Source: Candidatus Nomurabacteria bacterium
GTDB lineage: Bacteria > Patescibacteriota > Minisyncoccia > Phycocordibacterales > SBAW01
Assembly (NCBI GenBank): GCA_020854065.1
Contig: JADZGF010000010.1
Coordinates: 1-44,520, forward strand
Reading direction: 5' to 3'
DNA: 44,520 bases
A program made the translations under genes and the position numbers. This document shows positions 18,204 through 27,116 of the stretch, piece after piece; position 1 is the first letter of the stretch, and every line of letters starts with the position of its first letter. Under the pieces are notes generated by a model that worked only from the letters and a program-made list of their open reading frames with translations, was not told the DNA's origin and searched no databases.

Positions 18204-19238
18204 ATGAGGTATTTCGTTACCGGCGGGGCAGGTTTCTTGGGTATCAATCTCGCGCGACATCTCCTGGCGCAGGGGCATACAGTTGTCTCCTACGATATCG
18301 CCCCTTTCGATTACCCCGAAAAGGACACTATCACTGCGGTAATGGGCGATATCCGTGATTTTGAGTCGCTCAAACACGCGATGGCTGGTAGCGATGTAGT
18401 TATTCATACTGCTGCAGCGCTTCCGCTTTACAAACCTCACGACATTCGCTCGACTGATATCGACGGTACGCGCAATGTACTTAAGGCGGCGATGCAGTCG
18501 GGGGTCGCACGGGTCGTGCACGTCTCATCGACTGCTGTGTACGGTATTCCCGATCATCATCCTCTGGACGAGGATGATACGCTCGACGGCGTAGGGGAGT
18601 ACGGCAAAGCAAAGATCGCGGCCGAAGAACTCTGTGGTGAATATCGCGCCAAAGGATTGTGCGTGCCTATCGTACGTCCGAAATCATTCATTGGTCCGGA
18701 GCGTCTCGGTGTCTTTGCGCTTTTCTATGACTGGGCGGCAGATGGCAGAGGTTTCCCTATGATTGGCTCCGGCGCCAACCGCTACCAACTCCTTGATGTT
18801 GAAGATCTCTGTGACGCCATATATTTGTGTGCAACACTTTCATGCGAGCGGGTTAACGACGTGTTTAATATCGGAGCCAAGGAATTTACTACCATGCGCG
18901 AAGATTATCAGGCTGTGCTCGATCGTGCGGGTTTCGGTAAGAAAATAAGTGGTTTTCCTGCCGCTCCTATGATCTGGACTTTGCGCATCCTCGAGGCACT
19001 TAAACTTTCACCGCTCTATAAATGGGTATATGAGACTGCTAGCAAGGACAGCTTTGTTTCCATAGAAAAAGCCGAGCGGATATTAGGGTGGCGGCCCCGG
19101 TATTCAAATAAGCAGGCGCTTATCCGCAACTACGAATGGTACCTCGAACATCGCGGCGAATTTAAGAGTGCAAGTGGCGTGTCACACCGCGTTCCCTGGA
19201 GCCAAGGTATCCTCGCGCTTGCAAAGAAGTTTTTTTAG
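18204..19238 (+). CDS. NAD-dependent epimerase/dehydratase (extended SDR)
   Basis: [20 protein letters not shown] Rossmann motif, a YxxxK pair (YGKAK), and 344 aa in length. Confidence 0.8.
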   Translation: MRYFVTGGAGFLGINLARHLLAQGHTVVSYDIAPFDYPEKDTITAVMGDIRDFESLKHAMAGSDVVIHTAAALPLYKPHDIRSTDIDGTRNVLKAAMQSGVARVVHVSSTAVYGIPDHHPLDEDDTLDGVGEYGKAKIAAEELCGEYRAKGLCVPIVRPKSFIGPERLGVFALFYDWAADGRGFPMIGSGANRYQLLDVEDLCDAIYLCATLSCERVNDVFNIGAKEFTTMREDYQAVLDRAGFGKKISGFPAAPMIWTLRILEALKLSPLYKWVYETASKDSFVSIEKAERILGWRPRYSNKQALIRNYEWYLEHRGEFKSASGVSHRVPWSQGILALAKKFF

Positions 19239-19241
19239 CGT

Positions 19242-20333
19242 ATGCGTCTCTTCTATATTGCTAACATCCGCTTTCCGACCGAAAAGGCTCACGGAGCGCA
19301 AATAGCAAAGACGTGCGAAGCCCTCATGCATCAAGGAGCTGAGGTGACGCTCGTTACCACTGATCGTAAAACGGTGACCGAAACACCTCGCAATTATTAC
19401 AGGCTCTCCGTTGAGATTCCAACTATTCGCATCTCGGTACCCGATATTGTTTCCTGGGGGCCACTTGGTTTTTTTATCGAGTCATTGGTTTTTGCGTGGC
19501 GAATTAATTGTCCTGCACAAAGTGTTATCTATGGCCGCGATGAGTGGATATTGCTGGTTCTTTCGTATATGTGCAAATCGCCCATATATTGGGAATCACA
19601 TACCGGTGCGTGGAATCTTGGTGCTCGTATGCTTGCGAGACGTGCGGCAGGGATTGTGGTAATTTCCGAGGGTTTGCGCGACTTTTATATTGAACGGGGT
19701 GTTTCTGCCGGGCGCATGTTGGTTGCGTACGATGGAATCGACCTTGCGGCATTTGCGCATACGTTAGACAAAGAAGCCGCGCGCACTAAACTCGATCTTC
19801 CGCGTGACTCAAAAATCGTCATGTATGTGGGTCGTTTCGATGGATGGAAAGGGAGTGATACTTTTTTTAACGCTGCTTCGAGCCTTCCTGAGGACATGCT
19901 CGCGGTCGCGATTGGTGGCGAACCTACTCAGGTTGAATCCTTGCGCACTCGATATCCGGAAGTGCGTTTTCTCGGTTTTCGTCCCTATCGTGAGCTTGCC
20001 GACCATCTTGCTGCGGCCGATATACTGGCGCTTCCTAATACTGCAACCGACATTATTTCGGCGCGTTTCACCTCGCCGCTCAAGCTTTTTGCGTATATGG
20101 CATCTCAAAAGCCGATCGTTGCATCAGATCTTCCCAGTATTCGGGAAGTTCTTGATGAATCATGTGGGTATCTGGTTTCTCCCGACGACTCCGGTGCGCT
20201 TGCCGAGGGTATTCGTCGTGCGGTTGCGGATAGCGAAGCGTCCAACAAAGCAGCACTCGCACGAGAGCGGGTGGAGCAATACACCTGGACTGCACGTGCT
20301 GGCAAAATTCTCGGTATGCTTAAGAGTGTATGA
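19242..20333 (+). CDS. Glycosyltransferase family 4 (GT-B)
   Basis: MRLFYIANIRFPTEKAHGAQIAKT N-terminus, YVGRFDGWKG, and FTSPLKLFAYMASQKPIVASD at the C-terminal donor-binding region. Confidence 0.8.
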   Translation: MRLFYIANIRFPTEKAHGAQIAKTCEALMHQGAEVTLVTTDRKTVTETPRNYYRLSVEIPTIRISVPDIVSWGPLGFFIESLVFAWRINCPAQSVIYGRDEWILLVLSYMCKSPIYWESHTGAWNLGARMLARRAAGIVVISEGLRDFYIERGVSAGRMLVAYDGIDLAAFAHTLDKEAARTKLDLPRDSKIVMYVGRFDGWKGSDTFFNAASSLPEDMLAVAIGGEPTQVESLRTRYPEVRFLGFRPYRELADHLAAADILALPNTATDIISARFTSPLKLFAYMASQKPIVASDLPSIREVLDESCGYLVSPDDSGALAEGIRRAVADSEASNKAALARERVEQYTWTARAGKILGMLKSV

Positions 20334-21763
20334 CCTCATGGCTTCAATATGTGCTGATTCTGTGTGCAATCAGTTTGGTCGCGGTATTTTCAACGTACCG
20401 TCTTACTGAGTCGCCGCCGCTGTGGTATGACGAAGGGTACTATCTCCAAGCGGCTGTGAGTGTTGCTGAGCGCGGTGTTCAATCTATGCAAGTAGCACCG
20501 GGCGTGTATGAATCCACACAATACGTGACCGCGGGTTTTCCTCTTATCTACCCGGTTGGCGCTTCGATATGGATCTTCGGGGATTCAGTGGGGGCAGCCC
20601 GTGCGCCTATGGTGCTGTTTATCGCACTCTTTTGCGTTGCTGCATATGTTCTTGTGCGCCGCATTCACAATCCTTATGTCGCTGCGTGGGGAGTGCTCGC
20701 GCTCGCGTCTTTCCCGCTTCTGTACGGCAACGGCAAAAGTGTCCTCGGTGAAGTTCCGGGACTCCTCTTCCTTATGTGTGCATTGCTTTCGTTGTGGTTG
20801 CTTGAGCGCTCACAGTACCGAGAGTGGCGATATTACCTTCTTGTGGGTGTTATGAGCGGCCTCGCTCTTGCATCGAAGCCGATATTCATATTGTTTGTGG
20901 TTGCCCTTATGCTCACATGGTTGCTACGCTGGCGCTCGGTCCCAGTCACTCTTGTAGGTGTAGCTGCCGCTTTTGTTGGGTTTATGTCCGTTCTTGCAAT
21001 ATGGATACTCACCCAATTCGGGGGAGACGCGACACTCAGTTCGCTTGTCGCGTACTACGCTAATCCATACGAGATAGATCTTCTGCAAGCACTCCAATCG
21101 AATATTGTTCGGCTTGTAAGCGATGTGACGCCGCTTATGACGCTGATGCTTGTTGTGTTGTGGGGGATAGGGTTGGCACTTCGCCGCAGAAGCGGAGTTT
21201 CTTCCGCAGAATTGGCAGGGTTCATCTTTTGCGTGTTGATTATCTTGGCGTTCTTGCGGCTTGAAGGTTGGTACCGCTATCTCTTTCCTGCCGCAGCGGT
21301 CGCGCTTCCTTTTGCTCCGGCAGCACTCATTGTCCTTTTTGATCGGATACGATTCGTACTTCCGAAGCTTTTACAAACACCATGGATACCAGCAGTGGCA
21401 CTAGCTGTAATGGTGATCTTCCAGTATTCGCAACTCCTGAGTGGTTCCTTCGTTGCGCAATATTACGATAGTCATCGTGTGCGCAATCTTGCCGCTCTAT
21501 TACATGCCTATGATTCCGATACGTCCTTCTTTATATACAATGTCCCTGAAGTTGCGATCCTCCTTCCCTCGAAGAACTTTTACCAGTATATTGACGCTCA
21601 TGCCCGGGTGCAGATAGGTGAAGAGCAGCTCGAGGTGCTCCGTAGTGGCGGGGCTGATGTCACCATAGTGGACAAGGGTCTTTACGAGGTACGCCCGGGC
21701 GACTTTGCACGCTACACCCTCGCGCGATCGATCAATAATTACCGAATCTTAGAATTACAATGA
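20330..21763 (+). CDS. GT-C fold membrane glycosyltransferase (GT39/ArnT/PMT_2-like)
   Basis: ATGA overlap with the upstream gene. TM1 is followed by ESPPLWYDEGYYLQAA (an ArnT-type DExxY loop). More than 10 helices and a soluble C-terminal domain. Confidence 0.6.
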   Translation: MTSWLQYVLILCAISLVAVFSTYRLTESPPLWYDEGYYLQAAVSVAERGVQSMQVAPGVYESTQYVTAGFPLIYPVGASIWIFGDSVGAARAPMVLFIALFCVAAYVLVRRIHNPYVAAWGVLALASFPLLYGNGKSVLGEVPGLLFLMCALLSLWLLERSQYREWRYYLLVGVMSGLALASKPIFILFVVALMLTWLLRWRSVPVTLVGVAAAFVGFMSVLAIWILTQFGGDATLSSLVAYYANPYEIDLLQALQSNIVRLVSDVTPLMTLMLVVLWGIGLALRRRSGVSSAELAGFIFCVLIILAFLRLEGWYRYLFPAAAVALPFAPAALIVLFDRIRFVLPKLLQTPWIPAVALAVMVIFQYSQLLSGSFVAQYYDSHRVRNLAALLHAYDSDTSFFIYNVPEVAILLPSKNFYQYIDAHARVQIGEEQLEVLRSGGADVTIVDKGLYEVRPGDFARYTLARSINNYRILELQ

Positions 21764-22674
21764 CCTCCCGTATCTCAATCATTATTCCTTCCTATAACGA
21801 GGGTCAAAATGTTGATCTTTTGCACCGGCGTCTCAGTGCGGTGGCTCTTTTGCTGCCTGAATATGAGTTCGAATACATTTTCATAGACGACGGGAGTCGT
21901 GACGATACGTGGGGGCGTATCAAAACGCTGGGTGTCAGAGGTATTCGTTTCGCCCGTAATTTTGGCCATCAAGCGGCTATCGAGGCGGGCTTGCGCGCGG
22001 CAACGGGCGAGGCGGTTATTATGCTCGACGGTGATCTACAGCATCCGCCGGAGCTCATACCGACACTTATTGAGCGCTGGCGCGAAGGGTATGAAGTAGT
22101 TAATACAAAACGTGCCGACGCTGCGCACGCCGGGTACATCAAAAGATTGAGTTCTCATCTTTTCTATCGTGCTCTTAATACAATCTCCGAAATCACCATT
22201 GAGCCAGGTTCTGCCGACTTTCGTCTTATTGATCGTCGTGTCGTCGATGAGCTCAATAAACTGACGGAGAAGAATAAGTTCTATCGTGGTCTCGTCAACT
22301 GGCTTGGATTTCGCTCTGCGGTAGTGTCGTATGAGCCCAGTGAGCGTGTGCACGGCAATTCTTCCTATTCATTCCGCAAAATGATTTCCCTTGCGCGGGT
22401 CGGACTTACTTCCTTTAGCATGACACCAATCCGTTTTATTGCGTTTATGGGTGCGTGCATCTTTGTGTTTGGTGGACTCCTCACTGCATTTATGTTTTTA
22501 CACCGCCTTATTACGGCGACTGACTATTTCGGCGGCGCCGCAATCCTTGCCGGGTTTATTATCATGAACAACGGTTTCCTTATCTTTATCTTTGGACTCA
22601 TGTCTACGTATCAGGTGACCATGTATAAAGAACTTCAAAATCGTCCTGCGTATATTGTCCGCGAGGAACTATGA
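21760..22674 (+). CDS. GT2 polyprenyl-phosphate glycosyltransferase (ArnC/GtrB/DPM1/FlmF2-like)
   Basis: ISIIIPSYNEGQNV, IDDGSRDDT, FARNFGHQAAIEAGL and DGDLQHPPELIP, plus two C-terminal TM helices. This is the classic GtrB/ArnC architecture. Confidence 0.85.
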   Translation: MTSRISIIIPSYNEGQNVDLLHRRLSAVALLLPEYEFEYIFIDDGSRDDTWGRIKTLGVRGIRFARNFGHQAAIEAGLRAATGEAVIMLDGDLQHPPELIPTLIERWREGYEVVNTKRADAAHAGYIKRLSSHLFYRALNTISEITIEPGSADFRLIDRRVVDELNKLTEKNKFYRGLVNWLGFRSAVVSYEPSERVHGNSSYSFRKMISLARVGLTSFSMTPIRFIAFMGACIFVFGGLLTAFMFLHRLITATDYFGGAAILAGFIIMNNGFLIFIFGLMSTYQVTMYKELQNRPAYIVREEL

Positions 22675-23948
22675 TTCGCATTGATGTTATCGCCGATGAC
22701 TACGGCCTCTCGTCGGCGATCAATACGACTATTCTTGAGTGTATTGACCAAGGGGTTCTCACGGGAGTGAGTATGCTCGCAAATGGCGAAGCGCTGGAGG
22801 ATGCCGTAGTGCGGTATGTACCGCGCGCTAATCTCGCGTCACTTGCAGTGCATCTCAATCTCACCGAAGGCAAGGCACTTTCTCCGAGTGATATGATCCC
22901 GCTCCTGGTCGATGGCGTAGGCAATTTCCGCCATTCAGTTGCATCACTATGGTTGCATTATGTGTACGCTTCTAGTGCGGTTAAAGCGCAGTATCGTGCA
23001 CAGGTGGGGTTTGAGCTTCGTGCGCAGCTTGATCGCATTCGTGCCCTCCTTGCGCCACACAATCTCTCCGTTTCTGCAGTTGATGGTCATCAGCATGCGC
23101 ACATGATCCCGTTTGTGTTTGACGAAGTGCTTACGTTGCCGGGCATATCCCGCGTGCGTATATCCGCCGAGCCATGGTATTTTGCTCCCAGCTCGTTTGG
23201 CTCCTTAATAGGTGTCCACGCATTTGCACGAATTGTGCTCTCGTTTCTCGGACGTCGTAATCGTGCACTCGCTCGTGAAGCTGGTCTTACAGCACCTGAT
23301 ACGTTTCTCGGTGTTATGCATTCGGGGCGTATGACATATGCGGCTGTACGGGCAGGTCTGACACAGGTTGCTTCAGGGCACCATGTCGAGATAGGGGTAC
23401 ATCCTGGCATTGCAACCGAGACCGAATTGATACGCTGGCGGGAAGGTCGCGCAGATATTGCATGGCATTACTCACCATGGCGCGCTCGGGAACATGCACT
23501 GGTGTGTAGTAACGATTTGCGTGAACTCTTAGCTGCGTATCGGGGCGGTGCTTCGCTTCCGCGCCTGCCTATTGTGCGTATGGTATTGCGCTATCTTGTT
23601 TCAGGTACCATTGTGGCAGCAGTTGATTTCTCGCTGCTTTATCTTTTTGCCGAGATATTCGGCTGGTGGTATATCGCTGCAGCGACTGCGGCACTGATGG
23701 TAGCGTTTTTTGTTAGCTTTACTCTGCAAAAGTTTTGGACATTTAGTGACCGCTCCACACATGGTGTAGGTACACAACTTAAACTTTTTTTGATAATGAA
23801 CGTGTTTAATCTCGCTGCAAATGCATACTTGTTGCATCTGTTGGTTGAGGAGTATGGTATGTGGTACATGGCGGCCGAGTTCGCTATCCTTCTTGCAATA
23901 GCTGCATGGAGCTTTCTAATCATGCGGTTTGTTATCTTTAGATCATAG
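22671..23948 (+). CDS. Fusion of a YdjC/ChbG-family carbohydrate deacetylase (NaxD-like) and a GtrA-like 4-TM domain
   Basis: The N-terminus has IDVIADDYGLSSAINTTILECIDQGVLTGVSMLANG and VDGHQHAHM (YdjC motifs). The C-terminus has RYLVSGTIVAAVDFSLLYLFAE...FFVSFTLQKFWTF (GtrA family signature). Confidence 0.75.
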   Translation: MIRIDVIADDYGLSSAINTTILECIDQGVLTGVSMLANGEALEDAVVRYVPRANLASLAVHLNLTEGKALSPSDMIPLLVDGVGNFRHSVASLWLHYVYASSAVKAQYRAQVGFELRAQLDRIRALLAPHNLSVSAVDGHQHAHMIPFVFDEVLTLPGISRVRISAEPWYFAPSSFGSLIGVHAFARIVLSFLGRRNRALAREAGLTAPDTFLGVMHSGRMTYAAVRAGLTQVASGHHVEIGVHPGIATETELIRWREGRADIAWHYSPWRAREHALVCSNDLRELLAAYRGGASLPRLPIVRMVLRYLVSGTIVAAVDFSLLYLFAEIFGWWYIAAATAALMVAFFVSFTLQKFWTFSDRSTHGVGTQLKLFLIMNVFNLAANAYLLHLLVEEYGMWYMAAEFAILLAIAAWSFLIMRFVIFRS

Positions 23949-23950
23949 GT

Positions 23951-24637
23951 ATGGCTAACTGGGTAGATTTTTGGAATGGGGAACAAAGCGTGTATGTGTC
24001 ACCCCGACATATGCAGGCGTACTATAATACTCTCGCGCATAACATCAAGCGTGTGGTGGGGGGGAAGCGTCCGTATACACTTCTTGATTATGGATGTGGT
24101 GATGCATGGGCGGCAGGAGAACTTGCTGCAAGCGGTATCTCGGTCGTTCTGTATGATCCGGTCCCTAATGTTGCGGCACGCGCACATACTCGTTGGGGTG
24201 CTACGCCGGGTGTTCGCGTAGTCGACTCGCTTACCGAGATGGGTCCCGGGAGTGTAGACGGTATTCTTATTTTTTCAGTATTGCAGTATGTCTCAAAAGC
24301 CGATGCCGCAATATTAGTACGCGAACTTAAACACTATCTTGCTCCAGGTGGCACGCTGTATTTGGGCGATATTGTGCGGCCTGATACGGGGATGATTGCT
24401 GACGTTAGGGCGCTCTTTGTTGCTGGATTCAAACACGGTTTCTTTTTCGACGCGCTCATGGGGCTTATAAAGACATTCTTTTCCGATTATCGCCGTATCC
24501 GTAAGGAGCAGGGTTTTTCTACTTATACCGAGGATGAAATAACACAAATATTGGTACAAGCAGGATACACCGTTAAGCGTCTTCCAAATCTTGGCCTTTC
24601 TCCGCATCGGATGACCTTCGAGGCTACTTCCTCGTAA
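23951..24637 (+). CDS. Class I SAM-dependent methyltransferase
   Basis: LLDYGCGDAWAAGELAASG (motif I) and GGTLYLGDIV (post-motif II), 228 aa. Confidence 0.7.
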   Translation: MANWVDFWNGEQSVYVSPRHMQAYYNTLAHNIKRVVGGKRPYTLLDYGCGDAWAAGELAASGISVVLYDPVPNVAARAHTRWGATPGVRVVDSLTEMGPGSVDGILIFSVLQYVSKADAAILVRELKHYLAPGGTLYLGDIVRPDTGMIADVRALFVAGFKHGFFFDALMGLIKTFFSDYRRIRKEQGFSTYTEDEITQILVQAGYTVKRLPNLGLSPHRMTFEATSS

Positions 24638-24694
24638 CTAAGCTGCAAAAATAAGGGTTTTAGGGTATGATGGCCTAGTCAAAAGGCTATATCT

Positions 24695-26026
24695 ATGGCG
24701 AAAAAAGGGGACAAACAAAAAGTGGCATATATAGGCATGAGTGCCGACCTCGTACATCCGGGGCATCTTAATATCATTAAAGAGGGAGCCAAATTGGGCG
24801 AGGTAGTGATTGGTTTGCTTACCGATGAGGCAATTGCAAGCTACAAACGTCTGCCGTACATGAGCTATGAGCAGCGCCGCATTGTAGTAGAGAGTATTAA
24901 AGGTGTCTCGCGCGTTATCCCGCAAACGACGCTCGATTATCGGCCAAACCTTAAATTGCTCAAACCTGACTTTGTCGTCCATGGTGACGATTGGAAAGGT
25001 GGTGTGCAACGCGAGACTCGCCAGCAGGTTATAGACACACTAGAAAAGTGGGGTGGCAAACTTATTGAGCCAGCTTACACCAGCAACATATCTTCCACTG
25101 CACTTAACAACGCGCTTAAAGAGGTGGGTACTACACCAGACATTCGTCTTAAACGTTTTCGCCGCTTGCTTGGCACTAAACCAATTGTTCGCGGTATCGA
25201 GGTGCACAACGGTATTACCGGGCTTATTGTCGAACATGTATCGGTGAGTAAGAACAATAAAAAAGAGGAGTTCGATTTTATGTGGCTCTCTTCTCTTACC
25301 GACTCGACCGCTAAAGGTAAGCCTGATACTGAACTGGTTGATTCGACTTCACGTCTCACCACTATCCACGATGTGCTTGAGATAACTACCAAGCCGTTGG
25401 TATATGACGGCGATACTGGTGGATTGGCCGAGCATTTTCCATACACCGTACGTACGCTCGAGCGCCTCGGTGTCTCGGCAGTCATCATCGAAGACAAACA
25501 AGGTCTAAAGAAAAACTCCCTCTTTGGTACAGCAGTTAAACAAGAGCTGGCCGATCCGAAAGCGTTTGCAGAAAAGATCCGTGCGGGCAAAAAAGCACAG
25601 GTTACGCCCGACCTTATGATCATTGCCCGGCTCGAGAGCATGATCGCTGGTAAAGGTGTTAAAGACGCACTCAAGCGTGCAAAAATATATATCGACGCTG
25701 GTGCAGACGGTATTATGATCCACTCCAAAGAGAAGTCCCCCAAAGAGGTGCTTTCGTTTTGCCGCGAGTACGTCAAATTAAAAAACAAGGTTCCTTTGGT
25801 GGCGGTACCCAGCACCTACGACACGATTACTGAAGATGAGCTGCATAAAGCAGGTGTCTCGGTCGTTATCTACGCAAACCATCTTTTGCGCAGTGCCTAT
25901 CCGGCTATGGTTAAGACCGCGCAGACTATCCTAAATCATGGTCGTGCAACTGAGGCCTCGCAGGAGCTTTGCATGCCAATCTCTGAGATTTTGACGCTGA
26001 TTGAGCGCAAGAACAATGGATCCTAA
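24695..26026 (+). CDS. pepM: Fusion of an HxGH-type cytidylyltransferase domain and phosphoenolpyruvate mutase
   Basis: The N-terminus has [18 protein letters not shown] (HxGH motif at 24755-24766, TagD/CCT-like). The C-terminus belongs to the isocitrate-lyase/PEP-mutase superfamily. It carries the PEP-mutase-diagnostic EDKxxxxxNS motif ([10 protein letters not shown], 25490-25519). Confidence 0.85.
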   Translation: MAKKGDKQKVAYIGMSADLVHPGHLNIIKEGAKLGEVVIGLLTDEAIASYKRLPYMSYEQRRIVVESIKGVSRVIPQTTLDYRPNLKLLKPDFVVHGDDWKGGVQRETRQQVIDTLEKWGGKLIEPAYTSNISSTALNNALKEVGTTPDIRLKRFRRLLGTKPIVRGIEVHNGITGLIVEHVSVSKNNKKEEFDFMWLSSLTDSTAKGKPDTELVDSTSRLTTIHDVLEITTKPLVYDGDTGGLAEHFPYTVRTLERLGVSAVIIEDKQGLKKNSLFGTAVKQELADPKAFAEKIRAGKKAQVTPDLMIIARLESMIAGKGVKDALKRAKIYIDAGADGIMIHSKEKSPKEVLSFCREYVKLKNKVPLVAVPSTYDTITEDELHKAGVSVVIYANHLLRSAYPAMVKTAQTILNHGRATEASQELCMPISEILTLIERKNNGS

Positions 26027-27116
26027 ACAATTTCTCGATACGCTTGCGGGTCAAGGTATTACGTTTTTTACCGGTGTCCCTGACTCCTTGCTGAAGGAAT
26101 TTATTTCCTGCATCGAAGCGACTGTCCCACGCACGCACCATATTACTGCCGCTAACGAAGGTAATGCTATTGCGCTTGCTGCAGGGTACCAATTAGCAAC
26201 AGGGGCGGTGCCTGCAGTGTATTTGCAAAACTCTGGTCTGGGTAATGCGGTAAACCCACTTACTTCGCTCGCTGACAAAGAGGTGTACGCGATACCTATG
26301 CTGCTTATTGTTGGGTGGCGTGGCGAACCAGGCGTTAAAGACGAACCGCAGCATATAAAACAAGGCCGCATTACGCCTGCGCTTCTCGACATACTCGAAA
26401 TTCCTCGCACCGATAAGTTAGACGAGGTAGGTGCGCTTATTGAACGTGCTAAAGCAGAGAGTCGTCCGGTTGCACTTGTGGTGCATGCAGACGCATTTAG
26501 TGCATACCCAACAACTAAGGCGCCTGCAGCAGTGGCACTTACGCGCGAGGCTGCAATCGAGTCAGTTATTGCAGCACTTAACGAGCGCGACATTGTGGTA
26601 AGTACGACTGGCAAAATCTCTCGTGAACTGTATGAGGTGCGTAAACGCACAGGACAACCAACTAAAGATTTTCTTACCGTTGGCTCTATGGGCCACGCAA
26701 GCCAAATTGCACTTGGTATTGCGAGTCAAAAACCAGACAGACGCGTCGTGTGCCTCGATGGCGACGGTGCAACTATTATGCACATGGGTGCTCTTGCCAC
26801 CGCAGGGTTGGTTAAGCCAAACAATTTTCTACACATTGTACTTAACAACAAAGCGCACGAGTCGGTCGGGGGGCAGCCTTCTGCTGCGGGCGTTATCGAC
26901 ATTCCTGCGGTGGCGCGCGCTTGTGGTTATACCACCGCCACTGCAACTACCGTAAATGAAATTGGATCACGTATAGGTGAGTATAAAAATGCAGAAGGTC
27001 CGCACCTGCTCGAGATTATGGTTAATCTTGAGTCGCGCAAAGATCTTGCGCGCCCCGCAGAAACTCCTGCGCAAAATAAGCGATCATTTATTGATCATCT
27101 CCATGGCACAAACTGA
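26016..27116 (+). CDS. ppd: Phosphonopyruvate decarboxylase (ThDP-dependent)
   Basis: Start moved to ATG 26016 ([29 protein letters not shown], a typical Ppd N-terminus). ThDP-binding motif [16 protein letters not shown]...[14 protein letters not shown]. Overlaps the pepM stop by 11 nt. Confidence 0.85.
   Translation: MDPKQFLDTLAGQGITFFTGVPDSLLKEFISCIEATVPRTHHITAANEGNAIALAAGYQLATGAVPAVYLQNSGLGNAVNPLTSLADKEVYAIPMLLIVGWRGEPGVKDEPQHIKQGRITPALLDILEIPRTDKLDEVGALIERAKAESRPVALVVHADAFSAYPTTKAPAAVALTREAAIESVIAALNERDIVVSTTGKISRELYEVRKRTGQPTKDFLTVGSMGHASQIALGIASQKPDRRVVCLDGDGATIMHMGALATAGLVKPNNFLHIVLNNKAHESVGGQPSAAGVIDIPAVARACGYTTATATTVNEIGSRIGEYKNAEGPHLLEIMVNLESRKDLARPAETPAQNKRSFIDHLHGTN

Noticed and set aside
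25075-25815. 246-aa minus-strand ORF antisense to the PEP mutase gene
   Set aside because: It lies entirely inside a + strand CDS that carries diagnostic motifs. Its translation is Ser/Arg/Leu-rich with no recognisable motif, which is typical of a shadow ORF.
26051-26650. 199-aa minus-strand ORF antisense to phosphonopyruvate decarboxylase
   Set aside because: A shadow ORF of a well-supported + strand gene, with low-complexity Ser/Ala/Thr composition.
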